Under the pieces are notes generated by a model, which saw only the letters and a list, made by a program, of their open reading frames with translations, was not told the origin of the DNA and made no database searches. Made by a program: the position numbers and the translations under genes. A DNA stretch of 64,000 bases from an uncultured SAR86 cluster bacterium. GTDB lineage: Bacteria; Pseudomonadota; Gammaproteobacteria; Magnimaribacterales; D2472. Shown here piece after piece: positions 63,235 to 64,000 of the stretch; position 1 is the first letter of the stretch, and each line of letters opens with the position of its first letter. The stretch is from contig CABXFU010000002.1 of the NCBI GenBank assembly GCA_902511575.1, forward strand, positions 89,444 to 153,443, in the 5' to 3' direction.

Positions 63235-64000
63235 TTAATTTTGTAAATTGGCTTTAATTCTTGCATGCTCTTCCCTGCTCAAAGAGTGAGAAAATAATAA
63301 ATATGCAGCAATAGAGTAACTAATAATTGGTACAAATGTATAGATATAAAAAATGGCCATTTTTGAAGATTTACTATTTTCAATTCCTATGCTGATATCA
63401 AATCCCCAAAGCATCTCTAAGATCAAATACGGTATCACAGCCGCTAAAGCAAAGCCTACCTTAGTTAAGGTTGTTAAATATGAGAACACGGTGCCTGAAA
63501 TATTTTCACCCACATCAAGATTTAATTTATCCGAGATATCAGCAACAATTGCATTAATTAACGGAAGCGGTCCAGAAAATGCAAAACCATATAAAACTAT
63601 AAAAGAACCAACTGCAAAAAGTTTTGGGAGATCTGCAAGATCTTTAATAAACCAGTACCCAATAAAACCAAAAGTTAAAACTACAATTGCATAAATACAG
63701 GAAATTCCTGCAGCGAAATGTTTAGATGTCTTAATACCAAGATATCTCCATAAAGTTAAACCTAGGACACTCACAATGTAATATGCAAGCATCAACCTGG
63801 ATGAATACTCAGGCAATTCAATTACAACCTCCATCCATATTAAATAAAGCGCTCCATTCAGACTCATACAAAATGCTATCAAAACAGCTGCTATAACAAT
63901 TTTATTTAGCATTTTATTTTTAAATAGCCCCTTAAAATCTTTAAATGGGTTGGTTAGAGTTTCTTTAGAGGTTGACTGAACTGAATCAGGCACATTTTTA
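63235..64000 (-). CDS. MFS/GPH-type transporter, C-terminal half (N-terminus beyond the window edge)
   Basis: About six TM helices in 252 aa. The frame stays open through 64000, so the ORF-track start (GTG 63993) is probably internal. Confidence 0.55.
   Translation of the reverse strand, partial: KNVPDSVQSTSKETLTNPFKDFKGLFKNKMLNKIVIAAVLIAFCMSLNGALYLIWMEVVIELPEYSSRLMLAYYIVSVLGLTLWRYLGIKTSKHFAAGISCIYAIVVLTFGFIGYWFIKDLADLPKLFAVGSFIVLYGFAFSGPLPLINAIVADISDKLNLDVGENISGTVFSYLTTLTKVGFALAAVIPYLILEMLWGFDISIGIENSKSSKMAIFYIYTFVPIISYSIAAYLLFSHSLSREEHARIKANLQN

Noticed and set aside
58324-63694. Antisense ORFs of 60-114 aa (58324..58668, 59066..59272, 59415..59621, 60985..61233, 61468..61692, 62113..62295, 63353..63694).
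   Set aside because: Each lies opposite a gene with clear family motifs. There is no independent support for any of them, so I treat them as shadow ORFs.
1-64000. A scan for tRNA or rRNA genes, CRISPR repeats, transposase/integrase genes, toxin-antitoxin pairs or defence-system signatures.
   Set aside because: I found none by eye. All intergenic gaps are short, and every ORF over 60 aa on the coding strand is accounted for by metabolic, housekeeping or hypothetical membrane proteins. A covariance-model scan (tRNAscan-SE or Infernal) would be needed to exclude small RNAs formally.

Overview
This is a visibly AT-rich, very gene-dense chromosomal segment of about 70 genes. Most gene junctions are under 15 bp or overlap. 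Core synteny is gammaproteobacterial: rluC<>rne, rpmF-fabD-fabG-acpP-fabF-mltG-tmk-holB, mrp<>metG and rnt. That fits a genome-streamlined marine gammaproteobacterium; SAR86-like is my guess and is inference only. I recognised no rRNA, tRNA, CRISPR array, transposase, integrase or phage gene. The window contains a histidine operon (hisG, a hisD-IGPD fusion, hisH, hisA, hisF, hisIE), the fab cluster, RNase E, RNase T, metG, dusA, nhaB, pdxJ, grxD, transporters, and two oxidoreductase-rich accessory blocks. The first block has KstD-like, KSI/NTF2-like, SDR and NMO genes. The second has ALDH, an APH-like kinase, DUF1214, a sulfotransferase, an amidohydrolase, a Rieske oxygenase, a cupin and a rubredoxin. 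These two blocks flank a complete coenzyme F420 operon (fno-cofE-cofD-cofC-fbiC). Points worth a second look: (1) The F420 operon has a single-domain CofE, and a DUF1295 membrane reductase-like gene is translationally coupled to fbiC. (2) A TrpR/YerC-like mini-regulator and a perfect 18-bp palindrome sit where enteric bacteria have the his leader attenuator, and HisD is fused to IGPD. (3) metG and cofE encode conserved N-termini upstream of any ATG, GTG or TTG, which implies AUU/AUC/AUA initiation or assembly errors. (4) There are two perfect 7-1-7 Fur-type palindromes. (5) The syntenic Mrp/ApbC homolog lacks the CxxC cluster ligands. (6) All convergent gene junctions lack room for terminators. 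I found no clear-cut new multi-gene system such as a defence island. The candidates above are hypotheses built from reading the sequence and ORF translations, with no database searches.
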